Notes under the pieces: model-generated
What the model saw: only the letters and a program-made list of their open reading frames with translations
What the model was told of the DNA's origin: nothing
Databases searched by the model: none
Position numbers and translations under genes: made by a program
In this document: one piece after another, positions 1 through 13,300 of the stretch
Numbering within the stretch: the first letter of the stretch is position 1
How the letters are laid out: each line of letters begins with the position of its first letter
Source of the DNA: Mobula hypostoma
Taxonomy: Eukaryota
DNA length: 64,000 bases
Direction: 5' to 3'
Assembly (NCBI RefSeq): GCF_963921235.1
Contig: NC_086097.1
Coordinates: 118,608,001-118,672,000 of the forward strand

Positions 1-172
1 CTGCTGTCATCCTTCTGTTGAAAGGTGTCCAGAAATTGTTATCCTGAAGTGATTCCCAAGGTATTCTCATGATATCTTGAGAACTCAGATCCTCTGCAAG
101 GTGGAGCCCATATTACTTTGGCAAATAGCCTATTGAAGAGTAAATCAGAAGGTGGAGAGGAAGAAGCTGTTC

Positions 173-575
173 CTAAATTACTGAGTACATGTCTTCAGGC
201 TCATGTACCTCTTCTCTGATGATAGTTACAATAGAGCAGGATCTGGGTGATGGAGGTCCTTCATGATTAATTCCACATTTTCTAAAGCATTGCCTTTTGG
301 AGATGTCCCTAACGGTGGGAAGATTAGTGCCCATGATGGAGCTGGCTGAGTTTACAACCCTCTGCTGCTTTTTCTGATCCTGTGCAATGGCCCTCCATAC
401 TGCCAATGATGCAACCAATTTGAATGCTCTCCACCATGCACCTGCAGTCTTTGATGACATAACAAATCTCCTCAAACTCCGAATGAAATATAGCCATTGG
501 TGCACCCTCTTCATAATTACGTCAATATGTTGGGCCCAGGATAGATCTTCAGAGACGTTGATACTCAGAAACATT
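173..575 (-). mobile_element. Rex1/Babar-type LINE, 3' fragment (degenerate RT C-terminus)
   Basis: ORF 173..601 reads DLSWAQHIDVIMKRVHQWLYFIRSLRRF, matching the Rex1-type motif DLTW...KKAQQRLYFLRRL; frameshifted. Confidence 0.75.
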
Positions 576-689
576 ATAGAACACAAGACAACTGTTTCCA
601 TCTCTTTGCTGATAACTAAGAGTATACTGATTGGGAGGAGAATAGATGAATTGGGTTTGTCTGTTTTGTGTACTAGGACATATTTCTAC

Positions 690-865
690 TTTTAAGAAAG
701 CAACATTTTAGAAGCATTCAGACAAGCACATGACTAGATAGGAAGTAGAGAGATACAGGCTATGTACAGGCAAGAGGGATTAGTTAGATTGCTATCATGT
801 TTGGTGCAGACAGGGTGCGGTGAAGGCTTTGTACCTGTGCTGTATCATTTGTTGTTCTGTCTTCT
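690..865 (+). mobile_element. CR1 LINE 3' end fragment
   Basis: Contains caacattttagaagcattcagacaagcacatg...gtacctgtgctgta, similar to the other CR1 3' ends in the window. Confidence 0.6.
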
Positions 866-1259
866 ATGCTGTCCAGTAGATGCCAATATTGTAACTGTAT
901 GGGAGCAACTTGTCTAGAGCTTCCCCTAATTCTGGAGCCCAAACTTTAAACAGTACAGCCAAGAAACCGTTCTGTCTCATAAACTTAAATTGCATGCCAA
1001 CGTTCTCAGGCATTTCTTCATAGTATATTCCTCAATGTTAATCTTCTGTAAAATATTTTATTATTTGCTAATTTATTAGTGGTAATATTACCTTATGCAT
1101 TGAGTGTGAGTTATGTATACTGTGCTGTGCACCTTGCTTTGCAGGAACATTGTTTCATTTAGTGATTTTACCTGGATATGTTTGAATGACAATAAACTTG
1201 AGCTTGATAGTATGTGGAGTGAATTAAAATAATAGAAGGCAAGCTTCTGTGACACTGGG

Positions 1260-2050
1260 ATTTCAGGAAGAAGCTCAGCTTTCGTCTAGTCAGAGGAGCA
1301 CAAGTTCAAGGTTGTCTCTTTGTTGATGTTGGGAATGTTCTTGAACCTTAAATCCTATTAACTCTTTAACTATCCATCACTAATCATGATCAATTGCAGT
1401 GTATTGATCTCATTGGTTGATTGTGAGATGGCTTCACTAGCGATTGAATGATGTTTAGTCAGTCAGTATTGCAGCTTAGTCAGGTTGGAGTATCATTTGT
1501 AGATAGGCTCATATACCACACCACCACCTCTACCAGACTGTCTGTATGCTGCTCTGCATTTCTTACTGAGCCAAAGTTAGGCCACTGACTTGACAGCAAT
1601 CCAAGAGTGAAGAACATCCCAGCAGATGAGTTTGTATATTCTGTATTGAAGACACTTCTGCTTCAGCGGATGCCCATGAATGACCATTTGTAAGCGGCCA
1701 GTAGTGCCATACACCATACCAATTAGCCACTCAACATGATGAAGAGGGTCCTCAAAGGTAAGATGCAAAACATCTTCCGATAGGGCTAAGCTGTGGTTAC
1801 ATTTTCCAATGTTGTCATTGATAAATGCGTCTGCAGCTGGTAGGTTTTTGAGGACGATAGGTAATCCCCCATTTTGTGAATGGTTGTCCATCAAGTCTGA
1901 TGATGGTAGTGAAACCTGTGTAGAAGAGTTTTTGAACTGAAAATGATGTTGCATTGGGGCAGTTCCACTCTCTTGACCTGAGAGGTCTGAGTCCAATGAT
2001 ATGAGTAGTCATCACAAATGGGGTGAGTGAGTGATTGTTCCTTTGACAAC
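1260..2050 (-). mobile_element. Old, very degenerate Penelope-like element
   Basis: Minus-strand peptides HFQFKNSSTQ (cf. PLE RT YFQFNxxFYxQ) and NIPNINKE (cf. GIY-YIG C-terminus); many disruptions. Confidence 0.35.
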
Positions 2051-2639
2051 AGCATCTGCAGATTATTTTGTGTTCACAAATGGGGTCTTCCTTGGTTGCA
2101 GTGGATGACCATGACTACTTTTGGGGCTTGTTATGCTCTTCGGTCTTAATGAAGCATTGCAAAACTTTCTACCCGGCCATTGGATCTCCCTATTGATCTC
2201 ATCTGACCAGTCCACTAGTGCTGCCTTTGCATACTAGGACAGATATGAAACCAGCTGGCTACCCTTAACTACCTTAGCCGAGGTATGGCCACCGTTGCAT
2301 GCAAACAGCTACTTGGACAAAAATTGAGTAATCCCCTGACAGATTATTGGCTAACAAATACCACACTATCCCTATTGCCCTTGTTAGTGTGTGTGGTTCC
2401 ACCCACACCCACAAAATAACAAGATCTGCTTCCCTTTGGTAAAGGTTCCACTTGCAGCCCACTTTATTGGCTGCATTTCAATTTAAAAGCACCAAGTACA
2501 TTCTGACTACTTCCCCCTAAAACTCTATGTCACAGGTTACTCCTTTCCAACTTTGACATTTAAATCACAACCTCTTACCACACCACACCTTGTGACATAT
2601 TCTTACACTTCCACAAGGTCTTTCATATTCTCAGTGAGG

Positions 2640-3045
2640 ATGTTACGAGGTACCCCCGTACACCTGCTCATTAATGTAAATATCTAGTCACCCAATCATG
2701 TGGCAGCAACTCAATGCATAAAAGGATACTGACATGGTCAAGAAGCTCAGTTGTTGTTCAGACCAAATGTTGGATTTTCACACACTACAGCCTCTAAAGT
2801 TTATAGAGAATGGAATGAAAAATAAGGAAAATCCATTGAGCAGCAGGTCCATGGGTCAAAATACCTTGTTAATGAGAGAGATCAGAGGAGAATGGCCATA
2901 CTTGTTTAAGGAGACAAGAAGGTGACAGTAATTCGAATAACCACACGTTACAATGGTGATGAGCAGAAGAACATCTCTGAACACAGAACACATCAAACCT
3001 TGAAATGGATGGGCTACAAAAGGAACTCATTGGCCACTTCATTAC
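2640..3045. mobile_element. Non-autonomous Tc1-type element (CACTCAGTGGCCACTTTATTAGGTAC family)
   Basis: Body (caatcatgtggcagcaactcaatgcataaaag...gaggagaatggcca) is shared with copies at about 31660-32450, 32860-33490 and 49467-49868. Confidence 0.65.
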
Positions 3046-4629
3046 TTCAAGTTCAAGTTTAATTGTCTTTCAACCATGCACATAAATACAGCGTAACAAA
3101 ACAGCATCCCTCTAGCATCAAGATGCAAAGCACAGAACCAACAATTACACATATTATACAGCACATATAGCACACAATATAAGGTACAGGAGTTACTTAA
3201 AAAAGTGCTACTGAGTGTACATTTCAATCCATTTTCCTCAATGAATATGAATTCCCTTGATGAAAACTCCAGGCACTGGGAATCTGTGAGTCTGAAGAAG
3301 GGTTTTTGACTTGAAATATTTACTGTTTCTCTTTCCATGGATGCTGCTTCACCTGATGAAACTTTTCTGCAATTTCTGTTGTTATTTCTTTTCCTCTCCC
3401 GATCCCTTCTTCTCCTAGCACAGCATTCAAGCTGTATAAATTCGGGTTTGTTTAAAATTCCACTCACATTATGCTGTTTCAGGCATCTGTTGTTTTTTTC
3501 ATTCAAGGATAGACTGATATCTAAACTGTGTATGACCCAGGGGATACCACTATAACATAGTCTCAGTGGAAAATATAAATATAGTGTGGCAGAGGAAATA
3601 TCCATCAAAATATTATCACTCAGACCCAATGATGTGCAATAAAAACCTCTGAGACCAATTAAGCTTTTTTACAGGCTGATGATTTGTAGGGCAGGGATTG
3701 TAGTTGTTTCTCAGAACACTAGAGATCTTTATTCTCTTTGTTTCAGAAAGGATCTGTATCAGCATTTAACCAAATGGATAATTTTCAGTTTTAGCAAAAC
3801 TGCTAAAAGGACATTTTCTACATTCCGGCTCTTGCATTGAAAGAACGAGGAACTGTAGCGCTTAGGCAATTAACTATTGCTCTTGTTAACTGGGGTTGCG
3901 AGTTATCTGAAGAGTTGTCAATCACAACAAATAATCTGTTCTATCAATTATCAGGAGGATTAATAATATGACTGCCCTAAATTCAAAGGCATTAAAAATG
4001 TTCAATGCAAGGTTGTTGTAAAATTACTGATCCAAACTCAATAACCACCCATTGTGAAGTGCTACTTGAAACAAGAATATACTTGATGAGGAATCTTTCT
4101 CTCACCTTTGTTCCACAATGTTTGCTTGCTGATAGAGCTTCTCTTTGCTTCCAACCGTTATTAAAAAAAACACTGATGCCAATATAGTTATGACCTTATT
4201 ACTTGTCTATGAATATGGCTCCTTAATTCCGGATGTGTAGTTCCTTACCATATTGATTCAAGAATCATTACACCATCTGCTGCTCTGACTCATTCCTTCC
4301 CAGATTCTTTCAACTGTGAGTCTTCTTACCTTCCTCAAACACTTCCCTCCCTCTAATCTCAAAAGAATCCTGAACTACTGTGAGACCACAGTACACAAAT
4401 GCTTAATGAGCTGATCTGCAATTTATTTCTCATTAGTAGTCTGTGAGCCTGCTTAATGAGATAACATCTCCATTAAAATAGCAGAGAGAGAAAATATAAA
4501 CCGATCAAGTTAAACGTTGATACATTAAAATAACACACTATTCCTTCAGGACCTAAGATCTTAGAAACTGACCTGTATGTTTGCTAGCCAACACCCTTTA
4601 ACTGAAGCAACTTTCCTGTATGTGTTCTT

Positions 4630-5090
4630 AGAATCAGATTCAGAAGTACGTTTATTATCACTGACATATGACATGAAATTAATTGCTTTTCTGCAACAGT
4701 ACATTGCAATACATAAAAATACTATAAGATACAGTACAATTAGAAATAATTAAAAATAGTGCTAATGCATTTGTGGACCATTCATAAATCTGATGGCAGA
4801 AGGGAAGAAGCTGTTCTTAAGAATTTGAGTGCAAGTCTTCAGGCCCATGTACCTCTTCTCTGATGGTAATAATGAGAAGAGAGAATGTCCTGTACGGTGA
4901 GAACACTTACTGTTGGATCTAGCTGAATCTACAACCCACTGCAGCCTCTTCTGATCCTTTTGGATTGGAGTCTCCACACCAGGAGCAAATGCAACCAGTC
5001 AGAATGCCTTCCACAGTACATCTGTAGAAGTTTGCTAAAGATATACCAAATCTGCTCAACTCCTGATGAAATATTCCGTGGTAAGGGGAA
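4630..5090 (-). mobile_element. Rex1/Babar LINE 3' fragment
   Basis: ORFs give LANFYRCTVEGILTGCI and LFSLLPSEKRY...LKNSFFPSAIRFMN. Confidence 0.8.
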
Positions 5091-5427
5091 TAGACATGAG
5101 ATTCAGAGATCACAAACTGATTATGATTATGAAGTTCTCCATTGACAATGGAGTTCTCTATTTCTTTCTTCATGCCAGCTGCCTGAATAAATGAGCTTTT
5201 GAAGTCTAGGATAAACTAGGTGATCTCTCTGGCCACAATGAGCCCAGTCCTCCTATACACCTCTGAAACATAAGCTTCTTATGTCAAACACCTCCAGATC
5301 CAGGTGGACACAGGACATGATTCAAGGATTCTTGAAAGATATGTAATATTCTCACAAGGGAATCCCATTCCATAGAGAAGAAGCAATTGGGACAGCACGG
5401 CAGCATGGTGTTTAGTGCAATAACCTT

Positions 5428-6955
5428 GTTGTTCATCCTTCCTAGTCGAAGATGACCATGGCTTCAAAGTCAAATGGGAGATTGGTGGCTGTGGGTCCGG
5501 AGGTGACTGACGAGGCCAATCCGGGCCCTGAAGGCTCGCCCACATGTGGGACACAAGTGGGTGGGTGCTGTCGTGGCAGTGGATGCTGCTCGGGCCTTGC
5601 GCACAGCACGCTTTCGTTGTGCCTTGATGATGCGCCTGACGTCAGCTGCACGGGCTCCTGTGGTGATCTTGCTGCGCCAAGCTGGACGGTCAAGGGCAAG
5701 CGTCTCCCACGTGTTGATGTCGACACCCAGGCCTTTGAGGGACGCTTTCAGGCAGTCTTTGTAACGTTTCTTCTGCCCCCCGACTGAGCGCTTGCCCTGA
5801 CACAGTTCTCCGTACAGCAGCTGCTTAGGCAATCGGCTGTCTGGCATTCTGACCACACGTCCAGCCCACCTGGTTTGGACTTTCAGCAGGAGGGTGTAGA
5901 CACTGCAGAGCCCAGCTTGTTCCAGGATTTCCATGTTGGGGACTTTGTCCTGCCACCTGATGTGGAGGAGTCTGCGGAGACAGCTCAGGTGAAAGTGGTT
6001 GAGCTGTTTGGCGTGTCTGCTGTAGACAGTCCAGGTCTCGTTGGCGTAAAGGAGGGTGGTAAGGACCACTGCACAGTACGCCTTCAGCTTGGTGGTAAGG
6101 CTGAGTCCTCTCCGCTCCCAGACGTTCTCACGGAGTCTCCCAAAGGCGGCGCTGGCTTTGGCAATCCTGTTGTTGACCTCAGCGTCTATGTTCACTGCGC
6201 GAGAGAGTATGCTGCCCAGGTAGGTGAAGTTGTCGGCTGCCTGGAGGTTCTGGCCCTTCACCGTGATGCGCAGCTCCTGGTATGGCTTTCCTGGGGCAGG
6301 CTGGTACATAACTTCGGTCTTTTTGGTGCTGATAGTGAGACCGAAGTTGTCGCAGGCTTGTGAGAAGCAGTCCATTTCACGCTGCATCTCCTGCTCTGTG
6401 CTGGCGTTGAGTGCGCAGTCATCAGCAAAACACAAGTCTCTGATGACAGTCTCTCGCACCTTTGTAACTGCCTGCAGGCGCCTAAGGTTGAACAACCTGC
6501 TGTCAGTCCTGTACTTGATGTGGATTCCTTCTTCGTAGTTATGGAAGGCATCTGTCAGCATGGCAGAGAATACCATACTGAACAGAGTCGGGGCAAGAAC
6601 GCAGCCTTGTTTGACGCCATTTGTCACTGGGAAGGCCTCCGACTCGTCGCCGTTATCCAGAACTTTCACCATCATACCGTCGTGGAACTGCTGGACGATT
6701 GTGATGAACTTGCTGGGGCAGCCAAACTTCTCCATGATCTTCCACAAGCCTTCTCTGCTGATCGTATCGAAAGCCTTGGTTAGATCGACAAAGGTCACGA
6801 AGAGGTCGCTGTGTTACTCCTGGCATTTTTCCTGGAGTTGGCGTGCAGCAAAAATCATGTTCTCGGTCCCACGTTCAGCACGGAAGCCACATTGGCTTTC
6901 TGGGAGCAGACCTTGCTGGAGATGTTGGAGAAGGCGGTTGAGCAGGACGTGCTGT
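5428..6955 (-). mobile_element. Young 5'-truncated RTE-clade (BovB-like) LINE
   Basis: 13-bp TSD GTGCAATAACCTT at 5415-5427 and 6956-6968; 3' end reads GGATGAACAAC(AA) on the minus strand; GC- and CpG-rich relative to the flanks. Confidence 0.95.
5470..6950 (-). pseudogene. RTE reverse transcriptase with C-terminal zinc finger, 5'-truncated, one in-frame stop
   Basis: 442-aa ORF 5470..6798 with FVDLTKAFD, GVKQGCVLAPTLF, FADD, FTYLGS and CPTCGRAFRARIGLVSHLRTH. The frame continues upstream as LLPESQCGFR...QEKCQE*HSDLF, with a single TAA at 6814-6816. Confidence 0.93.
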
Positions 6956-7284
6956 GTGCAATAACCTTACAGCACTAGCCATCACCAAACATTAGGGTTT
7001 GTTTCCCACCAGGTCCATGAGGAATCGTATATTCTTCCCATAGCTGTGTAAGTTTCCTTTGGGTGTTCTGGATCCGTCCCGCATTCCAAAGATATACCAG
7101 TTAGGGTTTGTAAGTTGTGTGTACGGTATGTTGACAGCAGAAGTGTGCGAACAATTGTGGGCTGCCCAGCACGATATTTGCTGATTTAATTTGACATAAA
7201 AGACACATTTTACTGTGCGTTTCGATGTTTCAATGTACATGTGATAAACAAAGTTATCCTTTATGTTTCATCTTTATTTTAGGA

Positions 7285-7490
7285 ACTGCGAACCCAGAGT
7301 CCATTCATCAAGAACATGCAGAAGCCAAGTAGGAAATATGGAAGGAGCACCCCATTTCCCAAATTACTCACCTGTCTATCCCATCATACATCCTGCGCCA
7401 GCTGCGGCAGTCTGCAGGCCACACGTTAACCTCAGCAGTTACCTCAGACTTGACAGATCTGTATTAGTGGCAAATTATCTTTGATTTGAA
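7285..7490 (+). mobile_element. Old RTE 3' fragment
   Basis: tcctgcgccagctgcggcagtctgcaggccacacgttaacctcagcagttacctcaga resembles the RTE terminal CxxC...H zinc-finger region. Confidence 0.5.
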
Positions 7491-8019
7491 TGATTACCGA
7501 GCAAAACAGCAATGCTTCTACTACTAAGACTTCTTTAGATCAACTGCTTGAAAGGGATAATTGGTAGAATAATTTAAATTTTAACAGACTTGATATTCCA
7601 TAAGGAATTTATCAGTGCTAAACGAGTAAGGATTTCTTTGGTTTGAAATGTCCTTTCCTCATCAAATCTCTACTCACTGCAAGTCAATCCAATTTGATGT
7701 TCTTTGACAAAGATGTGCATTCAATCCGATATTGAATGCCCACCATTGGAACTGAAGGCAATCTAAGGAAGTCAATTTCTTGATTCTTTTTACAATTGCA
7801 GATTGAAGCTTCTCTGAGTAACATACATTTTGGGCATATGTCAAAATTTATTAAGCAAGATGTTATGGAAAATGAAAAGCAGATACCTCACAGCAAGCCA
7901 TTTCAGGGATTGGAACAGGGATTACTTTAGTGATGTAGGCAGAGTAACAATCTTCTAAATACTTTAGAAAGTGTTTCTCTATCAGAGAATCCCTTCTTGC
8001 TTATCTGAATAATGTCTCC

Positions 8020-8269
8020 AGCGCTGTATTCAATATCTCTGTGCCTATACTCGATGGAATTCAGAAGGATGAAGAATGCATCTCCTTGAAACCTACTGAT
8101 ATGGAAAAGCCTGGATAGAGTGGTTGTAGAGAAGATGTTTCCATTAGTAGGAGAGTCTAGGGTCCAAATGCACAGCCTCAGATTAATGGGTTGTCCTTTT
8201 AATTTGAGTTGGGGTGGATTTCTTCACCCAGAGGATTATGAATCCTTGAAATTTGTTGCTAAAGAGAGT
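8020..8269 (+). mobile_element. CR1 3' fragment split by Gypsy-1; continues at about 14240-14415
   Basis: Reads VEKMFPLVGESR..HSLRL; the CR1 3' sequence resumes after the Gypsy as gtgtatttaaatcagagatt...ttaagggttacatggagaaggcagg. Confidence 0.75.
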
Positions 8270-8585
8270 TGTCATAAACACATACCCAACCACGCCAGGT
8301 TCCATGGTTTAGACGCTCTAACTCCTCAGAGTATGGATACAAGCATTGACTCTTTTGAAGGTTTAGGACCATCCCGCTAATTGACAATGTTTTGGCGCCA
8401 AGTACAGAGTATTAAAAGAACACCTGAACGGAGCCTTAGTGCTCAACCATAAGCCCTAGTAGTGATATTGTATAGCATTTGTTTTGTGCTCACTTCTCAA
8501 TCCAGTTTGATATCGTGACTCGATCCTAGTCTCAGATATTCTAGCATCTGGGGCCAAACCATCCTCGTCAAGAACTTTTGTCACA
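8270..8585 (+). repeat. Gypsy-1 5' LTR (3' LTR partial at 14041-14240)
   Basis: Both copies share blocks such as gctctaact...gagtatgga and agcct.agtgctcaa; the 3' copy is cut off. Confidence 0.85.
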
Positions 8586-10384
8586 GTTTGATTGACAGAG
8601 TATGGACCCTATAGGGTATCAGAGTGTTTCATCTGCTGTGACCAGCCACAGCAAAAATATTTCCAGGCAGAGTCCGGAGGTATACAACTTCCAGGGGTAA
8701 CTTTTGCAAGAAGGGAACCAGAGTTGCTCAGAACAACCAGTCGATCCCATTATGGAGCCAGGACTTCTTCCAACCCCGGAGAGATTTGGTAGTGGCCCAG
8801 TCTCTTGCCGTGGCTTTCTCATTCAATGTTTGTTAGTATCTGAATTCCAGCTGTCCTGGTTCCGTTTGGAGCACAGAAATGTGGCCTTCATTATTTCTAT
8901 TCTGACAGGAAGAGCCCTGGCCTGGGCCACCAGGCATTGGGTACAAAGGTCAGAGGTTTGCTCGAATTTGGAGGAATTCATGGCAGCCATGAAGAAAGTA
9001 TTGTATTACCCTGCCAGAGCCAGCTGAGGCTCAGACCACCTGATGAAGATTCAATTGGGCGTTCGGCCAACAGCCAATTTCACTGTCGAGTTTCGGACTT
9101 CGTACCAAGAGTGTGACTGGAACGCGGAGGCCTTGGCTACTTTATACTGCTATGGACTCTGAGGTCAACTGAAGGGTGCCCTCACCTTGGGAGAGCCAGC
9201 AGAGGATTTAGGGGTTCTGATCTTAGAGGTTTTGCCTCAATAATCATTCAGCAGAGTGTAAGTGGGATTACATCAAGAGGTCAAAGAGGGCTAGCCCGAG
9301 CCCGACCTCAGTGCATCATGGTTTCACTCCCCGATTTCAGATCATGACCAGCCCCTCTTCTGCTCAGGACCCTGTCGAGCCCATGCAGATTGGCCACGTA
9401 TGAATTTCCACCAACCAGAGATTCCGCTGTCAGAGTCAATGTTGCTACATTCACAGCGGGGAAGCAGGTAATGTGCAGGCCGAATGTCTGAAGCTGCGGG
9501 TGTTGTGAGAACTATTAAGAAAATCCATTGTCGGGAGGACTGTGACAGTGGCAGCTACTACGCCCAGCCTCACGGATTTTGGTGTCATGCTGAGGGTGGA
9601 GATCTGCTGGGTTGTGAACTAACGAGAGGCGAATGCATTTTTGGACTCTGGCGCAGCTGGAAATTTCCTGGATTTGGGACCGCCCATCGACTCAACATAC
9701 CTCAGCAGGAGTTGAGGCCAGCCCAAGGCCACAACTGTCTTGGACGGCCATCCGCTTGGTTCAGGGCAGATCCGGCAGCAGACATTGGTCTTGCGGATGA
9801 GTATAGAGGATCATGTGGAGGACGTTATTTTTAATATCATTGAGTCTCCTCACATTTCCCCGATCCTTGAGAACCCTTGGCGGTCCCAGGATAAAACTTC
9901 AGTGAACTGGAAGGAAGGGAGGATCATTGCATGGTCCAGTTGCTGCAAGAAAGTATGTTTTTGGCTTGGTGTTCCAACTCCAGATTCTCCCAAGACCAGT
10001 GGCCGTCAAGGGAGCAGACTTCTGTTCAGTGTAATCTGCAGCCTTCAGGAAACCTAGTCCTGCCTTCCAGGACAGGCATGCTGGCTCCAGCCAACAGGCC
10101 TGTGTAAGTCCCGACCCTATCCAGCCAGGGGTGTGTTGGAACTAGATTTCCAGTTCAGGAGCAAACCAAGGAGCTGCCCTAGTAGTCTGAAATTCTAGCT
10201 GCAAAGCCAAAGGGGTCCAGTTGCCAGATTCCGTCTAAAGGGAAGGCTCCAAACTGGAGCCTAGTCCTAGGAACATTTGTCATCTCGCTGCTGTGATTTG
10301 GCCTCTGTTTCCACTAAAGACTCTAATGAACCTATGGAGGGGACTCTGGGCTCTGCTGAATCACCCTCGCTACCTAAGTAGGAA

Positions 10385-10866
10385 ACAATGGCAGCTACCA
10401 GCAACTCCTTTGCTTGCATCCTCAGAAACATCTCGATTTCCATCTTTATTTTTCTATTTCAATCTCTATTTTTCCCTTTCGTGGTTCTTTTGAAGACCTG
10501 ACCTGGAGTTACATGCTGACTACAGTTCTTTGTGGGAATGGGACTTGCTTTTGGGGTTTCACAACTGACCGTTATTCGATATGCCAAGGATGCAGCCTAA
10601 GAGATTAGCACACCTTCGGAGTTCTGAGATCTCGTGGCTCTGGAGATGGGCGGACCAAATGTTGGTGTCCCGGCAGGGAATCAGTGTGTCCTGGGAGATG
10701 GAAGATCCATGGCTGTGTGCCCAGATACCCATGATCTTTGATCTTTGAGCACAGAGCTTGGAGAAAGTGACACAATAGACTTTTAACATCATAAATCAGT
10801 GAGTTGTTTGTTAAGTCTCCCCTCTTGCTGTGAAATGGGGATATCTCTTTCACCCTTATGGGGAGG

Positions 10867-10902
<36 letters not shown>

Positions 10903-11219
10903 CAGAGACACACAGCCTGTGGTCTGTCGAATACTGGGTAAACAAGTAGTCTTTGGAGTCCTAAGTCTGTGTCTTTGCTACACACTTGAGTGCTCATGGT
11001 GGGTGCCGATGACTTTTTTTTGCTGGCGGGGGAAGGAGGATCATTGCTTTGCTGCTGCTTATGCATGGGAAGGGGTAAGCTGGGGAGGACTTTGCGGTTC
11101 TAACTTTAACTGTCATTCATTCTTTGGGGGCACTCTGTTTTCATCGATGGTTGAAAAGCATCTCAGGATGTATATTGTATACATTTTTCTGACATTAAAT
11201 CTACTTTTGAAACCTTTCA
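10385..11219 (+). mobile_element. About 800-bp non-coding retroposon, copy 1, nested in Gypsy-1
   Basis: Collinear with 63188-63997 along its length; internal (GA)n at 10871-10898; 3' end gacattaaat...tttgaaacctttcaa. Confidence 0.85.
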
Positions 11220-13300
11220 AAGTGGCCTCAGGAGTCTTCATTGGAGGATTGGAGGAAGATTGTGGGCTTCTTGCAGCACCCAAGCCAGTAGAAATCCCTT
11301 TCATCTACAATGATTTAGAAGAGGTATTCAGCAAGGGAAAGGCTGTGATTCTTACACGGCACTGACCCAATGACTGTGCAATAGATCTACTATCTGGTAC
11401 ATGTCCTTCATGGGGTTGACTATACACACTCTCAATCCCAGAGAGAAATCCTGTGGAGGAGTATATAAAAGAGGCTCTTGCCCTGGTACTCATTCAGCCT
11501 TCCACCTCTCCAGTTGTTGCGAGCTTCTTTTTGGTGCAGGTAAAGGATGGGAGCCTGCAGGCATATATTAATTATAGGGGTTGAATTTCATAACAGTCAA
11601 GAATCATCATCCTCTTCCACTCATGAAGACTGCCTTCGAAATTCTCGAAGAAGCAAGAGTATTCTCGAAGCTGGACATGGAGAGTGCGCACATTCTGGTT
11701 CACGTAAAGAAGAGTAATGAGTGTAAGATGGTATTCAACACACCGATAGGATACTCAGAGTATTTAATCATGCCTTTTGGCCTTGTGAACGCACTAGCAG
11801 TTTTCCAGGTCTTTACAAACTATGTGCTCCGGGATGCTCTCCATAAGTATGCCTTTGTCTACTTGGATGGCATCCTAATTTTCTCAAAGTCCATGGAGGA
11901 GCACAGTGTTCAGGTCGGAGGTATCCTAAAGAGACTTCTTGATTGTTGACTTTACATCAAGCTGGAGAAGTCCGAATTTCACATAAGCTCCATTTCATTT
12001 TCGGGTTTTATCATTCTAATGGCAATCTCAAGACAGACCTAATAAGACTCAGGCAGGTGGAGAGAGGCCACAACCCTCCAGTGTGAAACAAGTCCAATAA
12101 TTCCTGGGATTTGCCAACTTTCATTGAAAGTTCATCAGAAATTTTTGTTCAGTGGCGGCTCCGTATCCGCACTAACCAAGAGATCCACAGTCCCTTTTGT
12201 TTGGACTACCGAAGAAGAGGCTGTTTTTGCAGAGCTCGAACAGTGGTTCCCAACAGCTCCCATATTAGTTACACCTAACCCAGACCTTCCCTTCGTCATG
12301 GAAGTGGATGCCTTGATGTCAGATTGGGTATAATACTGTCTCAACACACACCTTTGGACAATAAACTGCATCTGTGTGCGCTCTTTTCCAGGCGGCTATC
12401 ACTGGCAGAGGTTAACTATGACATTGGGAATAGAGAGCTGCTCGTGGTCAAGTTCGGTCTCGAGGAATGGTGTCACTAGCTTGAAGGGTCCAAGAATCCT
12501 TTTATCGTACGAACAGACCACCAGAACCATTGGGGAAAGGGAGATTACTCATAAGGCCATCCGGGTCATCTGTGCATTCCTAGGCTCATCCAGTCTCTGG
12601 TTCTTCAGTGGGGACATGCATCAAGATTGACATCTCACCCACGGATTGCCAAGACTCTCATGTTCATTAAGAGAAGATATTCGTGGCATGGAGTGGCGAG
12701 GGAAGTCCGTCAATACATGCAGGAATGTGAGGTGTATGCCTGGAACAAGGAGCCCTACACTCAACCTCAAGGACTCCTTCACCCTCTGTGTATTCCAGGC
12801 AGACCATAGGTGCACATCTTCATGGATTTTATCATGGTCTTCCTCCTCTCAAGGGGAAGACCATTATCATGGTAATTGTGGATTTTTTTTTTGAAGGCCT
12901 GCAAATTTGTCACATTGGATAGACTACTATCTGTGGCACCAGGTCTTCAGGATCCACAGTGTGCCAAGTCACGTTCCGCAATCCCTGTCAGATTTTTGGA
13001 GGGCATTTTGTAAGCTGATAGAGCAACAGTACGTCTTTTTTTCTGGGTTTCACCCACAGTCCAACGGCCAGATGGAGCAGGTGAACCAAGACGTGGAATG
13101 AACTCTCAGGCGCCTTGCCTCTGAAAGACCAGATGAGTGTTGGGTCCATTTCATAAAGGCAGAGGTCACTCACAATACTTTACAGCATTCAGCGAATGGG
13201 ATGCTCCCTTTTGAGTGCCAATTTGGGTATTCTCCGCCACTTTTCCCTGAGCATGAGGCCGAGGTTGGGGTTCCTGCGATCAAGGATCTGGTCCGATGCT

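Larger units (their letters stand above)
5390..7262 (+). mobile_element. tRNA-derived SINE interrupted by the RTE insertion
   Basis: Head gacagcacggcagcatggtgtttagtgcaataacctt resumes after the RTE as gtgcaataaccttacagcactagcc; body resembles the SINE at 58305-58580. Confidence 0.6.

Noticed and set aside
3725..3865. Strong plus-strand splice acceptor (tctttgtttcag at 3746)
   Set aside because: Frames close within about 95 bp with unrecognisable peptides and no clear matching donor.
5442..6964. Many overlapping ORFs on both strands
   Set aside because: Shadow frames of the GC-rich RTE ORF.
10605..11365. 153-aa and 188-aa ORFs with SLSL/ERER runs
   Set aside because: Arise from the (GA)n tract in the non-coding retroposon; frames are not conserved in the copy at 63188.
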